Source: an uncultured Desulfatitalea sp. (GTDB taxonomy: Bacteria; Desulfobacterota; Desulfobacteria; Desulfobacterales; Desulfosarcinaceae). Taken from it: a stretch of 64,000 nt of DNA. The translations under genes and the position numbers were made by a program. Positions 9,017 through 18,547 of this stretch are shown here, in pieces. The stretch covers positions 1,184,001 to 1,248,000 of the forward strand of contig CAXXMB010000002.1 of the NCBI GenBank assembly GCA_963668675.2, written 5' to 3'. A model generated the notes under the pieces. That model worked only from the letters and a program-made list of their open reading frames with translations, ran no database searches and was not told the origin of the DNA. Positions within the stretch are counted from its first letter, which is position 1; each line of letters begins with the position of its first letter.

Positions 9017-11140
9017 ATGATTTTCCAAGGCGATTTAAGCAAATACCACCCGGCAGACGCCCTGATGTTTCTGTCCCAGCTGAGTCTGAACGGCGCCCTC
9101 TCTGTGGCCAACGGCCAGCAAATGATCACCCTTTCATTCAACGCCGGCCGCCTGTTGGATGCCCACTCCGAAGCCGGGGACGAAAAAATGCTGCGGGTGC
9201 TGCGCTTCAGGCAAATGCTCGCCAGGGATCAGGAGATTCACATCAGAAAGGCCCGTTCCGAAACAGGTATGTCAGTCCGTCAGCTGCTGAACGAGCTGGC
9301 TTTCTTTCCGTTGGCCCAGATCAAAAACGCCCTTGAGATTGGCATCAGCGAAGTGCTGCTCGAACTCTTTTTGCTGGATGAGGGTCAGTTCCACTTCACC
9401 GACACCTCCGTCGAACCCGATTCGGCTGGCATCAAACTGGACACGGGCGCGGCTCTTATAAAAGTGTTGTCTCACTCCGACGAGTTGCGTAACTTCGAAA
9501 AAAACATCACGACCCTCGACCGTGGTATCGGTCTGGAGGCATCAACCGACCAGACCGCAGCCCTCTCTCATGAGGAGCGGGTGCTGGCCCATCTGGCATC
9601 CCGTGTACCCAACGTCCGGCAACTTCTCATCAAGACGCCCATATACAGCCATCGGGCCATGCAAATCACGGAGAAGCTCTTGGAGGCCGGCATCCTGTGC
9701 CTGGCGCCGATTGCCGAGAGCGACGGCACACCGGACGTCGCCTCCGCCCCATCAATCGATCCCCTGTTTGGTGCATACAAGCAGGCGTTCAAAACCCTGA
9801 TCCGAACGGATGAAGTACTTAAAAGGGTTGAGGCGGTGATCGGATTCTGCAAAAACTTCTACGACGCCATCCTGATCCTGACGGCCAAGGGGCAGAAGAT
9901 CATTCATTGCAAAATGATCTCTGTCGATAAAGAGAGAAGCATTCATCAGAAGACGATCAAAGGTGTTATCGGGGCCATCGAAGAGGACCCGGTGTTCCAA
10001 GCCGTACACAAAACCGGCATCGGTTTCTTCGGAAAGACCTTCCCCTCGCCACTCATTGACAGAGTGGCTCAGGCACCCCCGGACGGTGAATGTGCACTGC
10101 TTCCCATTGTCAATAAAGCCCAGCTCTCCATATTCTTCTACACTTTTTCTTCGACGCAACACGAAGGACTATCCCCCCACCACTATCTCGAGCTGCTCTC
10201 CTGGATGATATCAACCACCGACAAGGTGACCGGAACCGAAAAGGCGGCAGGCGCTGCCCCCGCCGCGGAAAGAGAGACGCCTCCCCCTCCCGGTGCGGGC
10301 GAAATTGCCGCAAAGCTGGTGGCAAAGATTGAAGAGCTGCCGCCCCTTCCCTCCATGGCCTCCAGATCACTGCAACTGCTTTCGGACCCCGAAACCCCTA
10401 TGGAGACCGTCGAGAAGACCATCGCCCACGACCAAGCCCTGGTAGCCAAGATCATCAAGGTGAGCAACTCGGCCCTTTACGGAGGATATCAGAAAGCGAA
10501 TTCACTCCGGCAGGCGCTCACGCGGCTGGGCGCAAAAACGACCAAAAGCCTTGTGCTGGCGGCATCCACCCACGGATACTTCTTCAAAAAACGCAAGGGT
10601 ATGAAAGTGTGGGGTCCGATTCTATGGCAACATTCAGTGGAGTGCGGCTTTGCAGCCCGTCAAATTGCAGCCATATGCCACTATGAAGATCCTGAACAGG
10701 CATTCATGGGTGGCATCATGCACGACATCGGCAAACTGGCCATGTTAATGGTCGACGATGCGAAGTACATGGAGATCCAGCGGATCAAGATAACCGAAAA
10801 CATCACGGACCTGGCGGCTGAAACCGAAATGCTGGGTTCGAACCACACCGAGCTGGGGCTTCTGCTCATGGAGAAGTGGCGAATGCCCGAAGCGGTCCAG
10901 GCTTGCAGCCGGTTTCACCACACCCCGCACGAGGCAGGCGACCACACTACCCTGGCGGCCATTGTGGCGTACGCCAACCACCTCAGCCACACCCTGGGCA
11001 GCCATCCCCAACCCGAAACGGACGAAACCGTTGCCCTGGCCGACAACCTGATGCGAACCATCGACCTTTCCCCCGAACACAATACCTTACTCATGAAAAA
11101 GGTGCGCACTGACTTCGATAATACTGAACTCATAGGGTAA
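9017..11140 (+). CDS. DUF4388 (PATAN-like) plus HDOD domain signalling protein
   Basis: N-terminal MIFQGDLSKYHPADALMFL; C-terminal ELPPLP...DQALVAKIIKVSNSALYG...LWQHS...GIMHDIGKL...HH. Confidence 0.85.
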   Translation: MIFQGDLSKYHPADALMFLSQLSLNGALSVANGQQMITLSFNAGRLLDAHSEAGDEKMLRVLRFRQMLARDQEIHIRKARSETGMSVRQLLNELAFFPLAQIKNALEIGISEVLLELFLLDEGQFHFTDTSVEPDSAGIKLDTGAALIKVLSHSDELRNFEKNITTLDRGIGLEASTDQTAALSHEERVLAHLASRVPNVRQLLIKTPIYSHRAMQITEKLLEAGILCLAPIAESDGTPDVASAPSIDPLFGAYKQAFKTLIRTDEVLKRVEAVIGFCKNFYDAILILTAKGQKIIHCKMISVDKERSIHQKTIKGVIGAIEEDPVFQAVHKTGIGFFGKTFPSPLIDRVAQAPPDGECALLPIVNKAQLSIFFYTFSSTQHEGLSPHHYLELLSWMISTTDKVTGTEKAAGAAPAAERETPPPPGAGEIAAKLVAKIEELPPLPSMASRSLQLLSDPETPMETVEKTIAHDQALVAKIIKVSNSALYGGYQKANSLRQALTRLGAKTTKSLVLAASTHGYFFKKRKGMKVWGPILWQHSVECGFAARQIAAICHYEDPEQAFMGGIMHDIGKLAMLMVDDAKYMEIQRIKITENITDLAAETEMLGSNHTELGLLLMEKWRMPEAVQACSRFHHTPHEAGDHTTLAAIVAYANHLSHTLGSHPQPETDETVALADNLMRTIDLSPEHNTLLMKKVRTDFDNTELIG

Positions 11141-11156
11141 CCGATAGCGCACAAAC

Positions 11157-11188
11157 AAAAAAAGGACCCGCGAAAGCAGGTCCTTCTT
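11157..11188. terminator. Bidirectional intrinsic terminator
   Basis: A7-GGACCcGC-GAAA-GCaGGTCC-TTCTT between convergent genes. Confidence 0.7.
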
Positions 11189-11212
11189 ACAAAAGACAAA
11201 GCTAACAACAGG

Positions 11213-12667
11213 TTACTCGACCTTGGTATCCAGCGGCAGGATGCCGGCTGCGATCTTGGCCCGGGTCTCATACGTCTTCAGCGGCGATTCGTGCAGAATC
11301 ATCATCTTCTGGGCTGCCATGGAACCTTCGGCATGCACGGTGGTCACCTCATGGAAAGCCGCCTCGTGGGAGGCCACATGGCGCATGGTTTCGTGAATCA
11401 TGCGCAGCCGCTCTTCAGTGGTGCTGTCGGCCGACCCGCCCAGATAGTGCTCCAGGTAATCGTGAATCTCAGGGTTGTCCCAGTCCCGCTTATCCGGTGA
11501 GGTGGCCAGGAGCCCACCGCCGATGTCTTGGATCAGTTTGACGAACTCGTGATACTTGCTGGCGAAGTGGAGCTTGGCCATATTGGCGATCAGCGGGTTC
11601 GGAACAGCGATATCGCCGTACATGACCGGCTTCATGGCCGCAGCATCGGCCAATGCCCGCAAGGTCTCCACATAGGCGGCAATGTCGGCCAATTTTTCAC
11701 GAATGTGACCGACCTTGAACAGGCCGTTCATCTTGGCCATGGCCACTGCGCAGCCGGCCATCACTTCGACATTGGGCACCTTGTAGCTGATGGCCGTAAA
11801 GCGATGGAAGGTTGCGAATGTGTATGCGATGGCCATGGAGTACTTCCACTCGCCGCACATGAACACCCGATCCCAGGGCACGAACACATTGTCGAAAACG
11901 ATCATGGCCTCGGTCAGCTCGCGCACCGGCCGGTCCGCATGAAACTCCTTGTCCGACCATGGTCCGCGGCCATTGCGACAGATAAAGGTGATGCCTTTGG
12001 TGTTGGCCGGGATGGCAAAGCTGACTGCGTAGTCGGACTCGTTCTCGCGCATCTGACGGGTTGGCACCACCATGATCTCGTTGGCGGCCGGCGCACTGGT
12101 GATATGAATCTTGGCCCCTTTGACGATGATGCCGTCCTTGTTCTTATCCACGACATGAAGGTAGTAATCGGGATGCTTTTGATGCGCAGGCTCCTTGGAA
12201 CGGTCCCCTTTGACACAAGTGATCGCCCCGCAGGTGTGCAGGTCGTTCTTGCGCAGATGCTCCAGAAAGTTCTTGGCGTTCTCTTCGTACTGCTTGTTGC
12301 CCATCTGCTTGGCCACCGCCATGGCAGCATTGAGGCAGTCGGTGCCGATATCTTTGCCGAAGGGCAATCCGCCGGTCTTGCGCATCAATGTGTGGATTGC
12401 CTTGGTGCGATTGGCCAGGTCCTCCGGTGTTTTTGGGGTCACGTAAAAGCGATTGATCGGTTCACCGGTTTCAGGATGCTTGGCGATCAGCAGATCCTTG
12501 GTCGCCTGATCGGCGGTTTGGGCCAACTCATAAGCGGCGCCAATGGTATCAACGGTAAGCCCCAGAACACGGTGCTTGGTGATGTCCTCGACCCGCTCCC
12601 CGCTGATATAGACTTTTCTTCCATCCCGCAAACTCTCCTTGTACTCTTCGACGGTCCTGATTCCCAT
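11213..12667 (-). CDS. AbfD/HpaB-family flavoprotein, divergent paralogue lacking the Fe-S cysteines
   Basis: YKESLRDGRKVY, GAITCVKGDRS, GIIVKGAKIHIT, VFDNVFVPWDRVF, FHRFT, VHAEGS; AbfD CxxxC and HRxxYxC motifs replaced. Confidence 0.85.
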   Translation of the reverse strand: MGIRTVEEYKESLRDGRKVYISGERVEDITKHRVLGLTVDTIGAAYELAQTADQATKDLLIAKHPETGEPINRFYVTPKTPEDLANRTKAIHTLMRKTGGLPFGKDIGTDCLNAAMAVAKQMGNKQYEENAKNFLEHLRKNDLHTCGAITCVKGDRSKEPAHQKHPDYYLHVVDKNKDGIIVKGAKIHITSAPAANEIMVVPTRQMRENESDYAVSFAIPANTKGITFICRNGRGPWSDKEFHADRPVRELTEAMIVFDNVFVPWDRVFMCGEWKYSMAIAYTFATFHRFTAISYKVPNVEVMAGCAVAMAKMNGLFKVGHIREKLADIAAYVETLRALADAAAMKPVMYGDIAVPNPLIANMAKLHFASKYHEFVKLIQDIGGGLLATSPDKRDWDNPEIHDYLEHYLGGSADSTTEERLRMIHETMRHVASHEAAFHEVTTVHAEGSMAAQKMMILHESPLKTYETRAKIAAGILPLDTKVE

Positions 12668-12823
12668 AGTGCGCCCCTTTCTGTGATAAAGTGTGTGGTG
12701 GATTTACCATTTGGTCGCAATCGCCAATACGCCAAGCGATATGGCAGACGTCATTGGGCAACCCTGCAGAAGAGAGGAAAGGCCTCAACTGCGTGAGGAT
12801 GTCCGGCAAAGCGAACAATTTTG

Positions 12824-12839
12824 AATATTGTACAATATT
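12824..12839. promoter_or_regulatory. Perfect 16-bp palindrome, candidate operator
   Basis: AATATTGTACAATATT in AT-rich DNA upstream of 11213..12667. Confidence 0.55.
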
Positions 12840-12916
12840 ACAACATAAAATAATAGCGTAAAAGCAGGGTATGAATCACCTGCTCATGGCAGGCGCCTGT
12901 TTCACGTGACATGAAC

Positions 12917-13333
12917 TCAATCTATGACAGGCGAGCCGCAGATCAAGTCTGCGATGGTGACATTGTCGAGTTTTTCAAAAAGGGCATCGGTGGCATCTCG
13001 CCAGGCCAGACGAACGGTACACTTTCCAGCTTTCGGACAGCTATCGGCATCGCGAATGCATCCCACCAGTTCCGACTGCCCTTCGAAGAGCCTTACAACA
13101 TCTCCAAGCGTGATGGTCCCTGCATCAGTGGAGAGATAGTGACCGCCTTTGGGTCCCCGCCGGCTGGCGACCCATCCGACCCGTTTGAGCGTTCGGATCA
13201 ACTGTTCGATATACTTGGGGGGAATCTTCTGTCGATCGGCGATCGCTCTGACTTGAACGGGATTTCGGTCATGCTGCTGAGCCAGCTCCAGAAGAATCCG
13301 CGAACTGTACCTGCTTCGAGTGGAGAGCTTCAT
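12917..13333 (-). CDS. Rrf2 family regulator with three Fe-S cysteines
   Basis: MKLSTRSRY, KYIEQL, SRRGPKGGHYL, C-x6-C-x5-C. Confidence 0.92.
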   Translation of the reverse strand: MKLSTRSRYSSRILLELAQQHDRNPVQVRAIADRQKIPPKYIEQLIRTLKRVGWVASRRGPKGGHYLSTDAGTITLGDVVRLFEGQSELVGCIRDADSCPKAGKCTVRLAWRDATDALFEKLDNVTIADLICGSPVID

Positions 13334-14004
13334 GTCGAAATCATCTCCTGTAGGGTGCTGCGATCGGGATACGGACGGTTGTTCCTATGGTCGGCACTGC
13401 TCCCTTGGGGGGTATAGCGACCAACGCGCAACGCTTTGACTAGTCCGGCTTCATCCTCTATGCGTTCAGAAAAACAGGTATAGGCATTTCCGAGCGCATG
13501 AATGCCATGGGCATCCGAACCGCCGATTCCCTGCACTCCCAACTGACGCGCAGCTTCACTGGCCCGACGGTTTTCATCCGATTGAATGCTGCCGTTGAGG
13601 GTTTCCACCGCCGCGACGCCCGTCAGTTGCAATACCCTGTCCCCCAGAGGCCTGCCGACCATCCCGGCCTGGTAGGGATGGGCCGGCACTGCAGCCCCGC
13701 CCCTCCGGTTGACCCAATCCACGGCGATCTGCATGGGCAACCCCGGCAGAAGATCTCCCTTGCCCGCCCGCACACCGTAGATCAGCAGGTGTCCCTCTTC
13801 GGCACGGTACTCCAACCCTCTGAAAATAGGGTAGTTCTCCCGTCTCGAAATCTCCTCGAACGGACGGCTCAGGTCGTAGGCGTGGTGCTCTGTAATGCAC
13901 ACGGCATCCAGGCCCAGGTCGCGCGCCCGGCCAACCACCTCCTCTGGTCGAATGGCCGAATCGCCTCCCAAGGCCGTATGAACATGAAGATCGATCTTGA
14001 ACAT
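13330..14004 (-). CDS. PHP domain metal-dependent phosphoesterase
   Basis: IDLHVHT, CITEHH, GHLL, PAHPY, GGSDAH; 4-nt overlap with Rrf2 gene. Confidence 0.88.
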   Translation of the reverse strand: MFKIDLHVHTALGGDSAIRPEEVVGRARDLGLDAVCITEHHAYDLSRPFEEISRRENYPIFRGLEYRAEEGHLLIYGVRAGKGDLLPGLPMQIAVDWVNRRGGAAVPAHPYQAGMVGRPLGDRVLQLTGVAAVETLNGSIQSDENRRASEAARQLGVQGIGGSDAHGIHALGNAYTCFSERIEDEAGLVKALRVGRYTPQGSSADHRNNRPYPDRSTLQEMIST

Positions 14005-14106
14005 GCTGTATCCTGTCTGGGGTCAGAGAGGTGGCAGGTGCCGTGGTTCCTCGGAATGCAATGCATCCCATCCGCTCCCTGAATCTTTGAAACGGGTTCC
14101 ATCGCA

Positions 14107-14598
14107 TCAGCAGCGATGCGCCTGGGTGCGCTCCTTCTGTTTTTCCATCTTACGTAGTCTGTTTCTCTCAAGGGCCTCTTTGTTGCGCCGGCACGCTTCG
14201 TCCGATTCAAAAGCGACCGGCGGCACTGACTTGGGGCGATGGTTCTCATCCAGGCTCACGAAGGTCAGATAGGCCGAGGCGATATGGCGCACATCGCCAC
14301 TAAGCAAATTCTCGGCCTCCACCCTGACGCCGATCTCCATGGACGAACGCCCGACATAGTTCAAACCGGCTTTCAAGGTTAACAACTCCCCGACAAAGGC
14401 CGGATTGTGGAAATCCAACCGATCTATGGACGCCGTCACCACATTGGCCCGGGCATGTCGGTAGGCCACAATTCCGGCGGTGTTGTCGATATGTTTCATG
14501 ATGACGCCGCCATGCACATTGCCCGCTGGGTTGGTATCTGCCGGCATCACCAGGTATGATACGATCAGGCTGGTCTCTTTGACGTTTCTCTCATCCAA
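14107..14598 (-). CDS. Acyl-CoA thioesterase (YciA-like hotdog fold)
   Basis: MPADTNPAGNVHGGVIMKHID, VVTASID, GRSSMEIGVRV; TTG start after GGAGG inferred. Confidence 0.88.
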   Translation of the reverse strand: MDERNVKETSLIVSYLVMPADTNPAGNVHGGVIMKHIDNTAGIVAYRHARANVVTASIDRLDFHNPAFVGELLTLKAGLNYVGRSSMEIGVRVEAENLLSGDVRHIASAYLTFVSLDENHRPKSVPPVAFESDEACRRNKEALERNRLRKMEKQKERTQAHRC

Positions 14599-14879
14599 AA
14601 CCACTTCCTCCATAGCGCCGGGTACGGCTTGTCGCAGCCGTGGTAGGTTATCATTCGAATCGGGTTCGTGGTCCCGGGAGATTAAGTTCCTGCATAGCAT
14701 TTAGCAAGTAAAAATGTCGCTCGAACCTCAGAGATTGCCCTGAACGGGTATCCATTCGTCCCGATATGGGCCTGTGGATGCACCAGAAATGGTATCAAGC
14801 CTCATGGCCAGGCCAAATGTGCCGATATTGAATCCATGAGACCCTATCAATTCGTCATATGCAGATCTCAGGGGATGTC

Positions 14880-15377
14880 ATGAGTGCCGCGTCAAACAGG
14901 CCGCCCACATCGATACTGATCGATATTATCATGGACATCCCCTTCTTTTCCATGCTCAGCGCCAGACAGTTGACTGTGGTGGCCAGGCGGATGAACTATT
15001 ACGAAATAGAGGAGGGCGAGACCCTTTTCAGGGAGGGTGATCCGGGCGATTCGGTCTGCTTCGTAATCAAGGGCGCACTCGATATTTTCAAGGAGACCTC
15101 TACCCCGGGTCAGCAGGTCCATATCGCCACCGTCACCAAGAACAAATCCATCGGCGAAATGGCGGTCATCGACGAATATACCCGTTCGGCCACCGTAACC
15201 GCCCGCAGCGACACCGCCATCGTGGCCCTGACCAAACGGGGATTCGAGGCGATCCTGGAGGAGAATCCCAAAATCGGAGCGGCGATTCTTAAAAAGATCG
15301 CCTCCCTGGTCAGTATGAACCTGAGAAGGACCTCATCGATGCTCGCCGACTATATGCTGGCGCTGCCGATCACCTGA
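14880..15377 (+). CDS. Stand-alone cyclic-nucleotide-binding domain protein
   Basis: IPFFSML, LFREGDPGDS, IGEMAVID, RSATVTA; no HTH. Confidence 0.85.
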   Translation: MSAASNRPPTSILIDIIMDIPFFSMLSARQLTVVARRMNYYEIEEGETLFREGDPGDSVCFVIKGALDIFKETSTPGQQVHIATVTKNKSIGEMAVIDEYTRSATVTARSDTAIVALTKRGFEAILEENPKIGAAILKKIASLVSMNLRRTSSMLADYMLALPIT

Positions 15378-15840
15378 CCTTGAATCGCCCGAGAGACGCG
15401 CATGACGAGGTCCGCCGGACGACTCTCAAGTATCGAAGGCTGGACAAGATCAGGGCCAGCCCGATGGCCGTATAGATCACCGACAAATAAGGTTTGGGAA
15501 TCGGTGAGTGGCGCAATGCCATTCCCATTGAAGCCATCACAGCGACGACGAGATAGCTCTTCCAGGTCATGAATGAAAAAAGGCATCGTTTGCCTTCCAT
15601 GGGCAGGATACGCGCTAAATTCTTATCGACCACCTTTAAAAATCCGAAATGATGAATCATCAGAGCGATGACGACGCCAATTCCGGCCCGGATCAGGGCG
15701 TCGTGAAGGTCAAGACGATGCAGCCACCCATACGCAAAACCCAACAGCATGGTCCCGACACAGATCCACATCAAGGCTGCCAAATATAAAAGCGCGCGCT
15801 TCCCGACTGCAGGCCTCATTTTATCGATACGGTCACCCAC
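15370..15840 (-). CDS. Hypothetical membrane protein (about 4 TM)
   Basis: Four hydrophobic segments; SD GAGGGAG before GTG; start uncertain. Confidence 0.7.
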   Translation of the reverse strand: MGDRIDKMRPAVGKRALLYLAALMWICVGTMLLGFAYGWLHRLDLHDALIRAGIGVVIALMIHHFGFLKVVDKNLARILPMEGKRCLFSFMTWKSYLVVAVMASMGMALRHSPIPKPYLSVIYTAIGLALILSSLRYLRVVRRTSSCASLGRFKVR

Positions 15841-16190
15841 CACCAGCTCCCTCAAAAGCATTATTGCATCCGCCGGCCATTTTGGGACCACCATACTGCC
15901 AATTCCGGGCACATTGCAAACAGTGCAGTCGGTTTTGGAACAATGGTGGAGCGCCAATCGACCAACCATTTCATGGTCAGTGGTTGATGTAAGTCAAAGC
16001 GTCCTCACCTTTTCGGTGGTATTTTGGGATTAAGCGCTTATGGTGAAATAAGAACCAACTCAACTTTAAGGTTTCGCCAGGTTCACATACGGAGGCGCAC
16101 TTTACCGACTGGGATCACAGAATCATGATTCCCGATATGGGAGACGAAGCGTTAGCGTTAGCGACCTGACGGAAGGGACAAGGAGATATT

Positions 16191-16511
16191 ATGCTCAGAA
16201 AAATTGAGTTATTCAAAGAGAATGGTTTCAACGAAAAGGCATTGTCCAACTTTCTGGTGCACGAATCACCGCACATGAAAGTGATCAATTTTAACCTAAA
16301 AGCCGGGCAGGAACTTCCGGTGCACAGCCATGACATCGAGGGGCAGCTGTGCCTCTCGGTGCTTGAGGGCCGCGGGCAGTTCCTGGGCAAAACGGAGCAG
16401 GTCCTTCCGGCCGAAACCGGCGATGTGTTGATTTCCGACATCGCCGAACCCCACGGCGTTCGCGCCCAAACCGATATGCGCATTCTGGTCACGATAGCGC
16501 CGCCCATCTAA
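16191..16511 (+). CDS. Cupin domain protein
   Basis: LPVHSHDIEG...VLEGRG...EPHGV; SD AAGGAG. Confidence 0.85.
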   Translation: MLRKIELFKENGFNEKALSNFLVHESPHMKVINFNLKAGQELPVHSHDIEGQLCLSVLEGRGQFLGKTEQVLPAETGDVLISDIAEPHGVRAQTDMRILVTIAPPI

Positions 16512-16530
16512 TGAGAAAAGAGACAACGCG

Positions 16531-16905
16531 ATGACGCTATTGGACGTGCGGCGCACCAATACCATCTTGTACTGCCGACGGTGGCAGGAAACGATTCGTT
16601 TCTACCGTGACGGATTGGAGTTGCCCGTTTCGCACGCCACCGATTGGCTGGTAGAATTCATGCTGACGGACCGGAGTTTCATCAGCCTCGCCGATGCAAC
16701 ACGGGCAACCATCCCAGCGGCCCGGGGTGCAGGCATAACCCTCTCATGGCTAGTGGATGATGCATACGAGATGCATCTGCGCGCAACCGCACGAGGGTGG
16801 AACCCTGGGCCGATCCAAACAAAATGGAATGCGAATGTGTTTTACTTCAACGATCCGGAGGGCCATCGAATAGAGCTTTGGTCGCCTCTCTTGGGAAAAA
16901 CCTAA
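16531..16905 (+). CDS. VOC/glyoxalase family protein
   Basis: RFYRDGLEL and FYFNDPEGHRIELW. Confidence 0.85.
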   Translation: MTLLDVRRTNTILYCRRWQETIRFYRDGLELPVSHATDWLVEFMLTDRSFISLADATRATIPAARGAGITLSWLVDDAYEMHLRATARGWNPGPIQTKWNANVFYFNDPEGHRIELWSPLLGKT

Positions 16906-16913
16906 AAATTATC

Positions 16914-17714
16914 TCATGCAAGCGTTATATCGCCGTAGAGTCTCCTGGTGTTCTCCCACAACTGGGCTGCGACACGCTCCTCTTCGACCCCCTTGAGCTG
17001 CGCAATGGCTTGGACAACCAGCCCAATATTGGCCGGTTCGTTGCGCTCGGAAGGCAACGGGCCCAGCACAGGGCTGTCGGTTTCAGCGAGCAGGGAAGCG
17101 AGGGGCAGTTGTTTCACCAACTTTTGCTTCTGGCGGGAGCGGACGACTGATGGCGGAATCGAAAAGAGAAACCCTGCTGCCACCCCCGGCAAGGCGGCAC
17201 TGGCTTTACCGTCAAAGGCGTGCATTTGGACCCTATTGGCACCCGATTCAAGCAGCATCGTGACGGCATGCCGACCGGCCGAACGGGAATGAACATTCAA
17301 CGGCAGATCCAGCTCCTTGGACAGATCGATAAACATTTTGAAGATCCCTCGCTGCACCTCTTTCAGCGCAGCCTCCTGAACCGCCCAGAAATCCAGCCCC
17401 ACTTCACCGATGGCCACCAGATTCGTATGGTGCCGACGAATAAAACCAACCATCTCGTGCGCCTGGGTCCAATCGAGATGGGTGGGATAGAGACCGGCTG
17501 CCACCTTGAGCATCGGGTGTGCCCGGGACAACGTCATGTTCTTGCGGGCGTCGGCCAAATCTTCGCCCACGGCGACCACCGCTGCGATACCTTCGCGCCG
17601 CGCCCGCTCCAGGACGGCACCCCGGTCTTGATCAAATCCAGGATCACACATATGGGCATGGACATCCACCAAACGCAATCCCATCAATGAAAGGTCTTGC
17701 GGTCTATGTTTCAA
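16914..17714 (-). CDS. tatD: TatD family hydrolase
   Basis: DVHAH, AIGEVGLD, NVHSR, MHAF, AETDSP, NEPAN; start uncertain. Confidence 0.88.
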   Translation of the reverse strand: MKHRPQDLSLMGLRLVDVHAHMCDPGFDQDRGAVLERARREGIAAVVAVGEDLADARKNMTLSRAHPMLKVAAGLYPTHLDWTQAHEMVGFIRRHHTNLVAIGEVGLDFWAVQEAALKEVQRGIFKMFIDLSKELDLPLNVHSRSAGRHAVTMLLESGANRVQMHAFDGKASAALPGVAAGFLFSIPPSVVRSRQKQKLVKQLPLASLLAETDSPVLGPLPSERNEPANIGLVVQAIAQLKGVEEERVAAQLWENTRRLYGDITLA

Positions 17715-17925
17715 AACAGCCTCCTCTATTTCATGCCCCATTTACACAGCCCCAGAGTGGCCGCAAGCTCAGACACGCCACCTCGTATTTCCAATCCTTC
17801 CGCTTAGCGTCCGATTCTTTTACACACCGGATACATATCCAACACATGCCGATCACCGCTATGCGCGTATTGTAGAATAATTTATGTATAAACAAATAAA
17901 TAGCAATATCTTCCAGGGGGCGGCA

Positions 17926-17942
17926 TTGGCATGACCGTTGCT
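17926..17942 (+). promoter_or_regulatory. sigma54 promoter for pfk fragment-glgP
   Basis: TTGGCATGACCGTTGCT (GG-N10-GC), preceded by an AT-rich tract. Confidence 0.65.
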
Positions 17943-18037
17943 TTTTCCATAATGGCGTTCTGTCGATTTTTGGCAAACCCATTTCTGACGGGTCACATCC
18001 GCCGCAATTTTCCAAACAGATGAAAGAGGAGTCAGCC

Positions 18038-18532
18038 ATGCAATCCTCCCCAAAAGCTGCAATGGGCATTTTAACGGCCGACCCCGATGCCCCGGGACTG
18101 AAGCCCTGCATTCAACAACTGGTGGCTCGCGCTGATCTCATCGGCATGCACGTCTATTGGATTCGTGAGGGGTGGGGCGGGCTGTTATCTTTCACGTCCA
18201 CGTCCGCGGGTAAAGGCATCCCGCCGTTCATCTCCCTGAATTCGATAGGCGACCGAAAGCGTCATCGTTTCAGCAATGCCTGCTTGCATCAACCCCGGGC
18301 CAGCCAACGCAACAAAGCCCTCTATCCACGCACCGCTTCCTCCACCTCACAGGGAAAGACAAAGTCGAAGGTTAAAAAGGGCTTTACTGAAAGGGTCAAG
18401 GAAGTACTGGACATGCTCGGTATCGAAGTATTGGTCGCCATCGGCGGAGACGAGACACTCTCTTTAGCACTCCAAATGGACCGGGCGGGCTTTCCGGTGG
18501 TCGCCATCCCCAAACCGTGGTCGGCCGCATAA
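18038..18532 (+). pseudogene. Truncated, degenerate 6-phosphofructokinase N-terminal half
   Basis: GILTADPDAPGLKPCI (canonical GILTGGGDxPGLNxxI), IREGWGGLL, LVAIGGDETLS; ends at VVAIPKP before TIDND. Confidence 0.75.
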
Positions 18533-18547
18533 CAGAATGGATAGAGG

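Noticed and set aside
17731..18111. Cys-rich minus-strand ORF
   Set aside because: Overlaps the sigma54 promoter and the pfk fragment; no recognisable family
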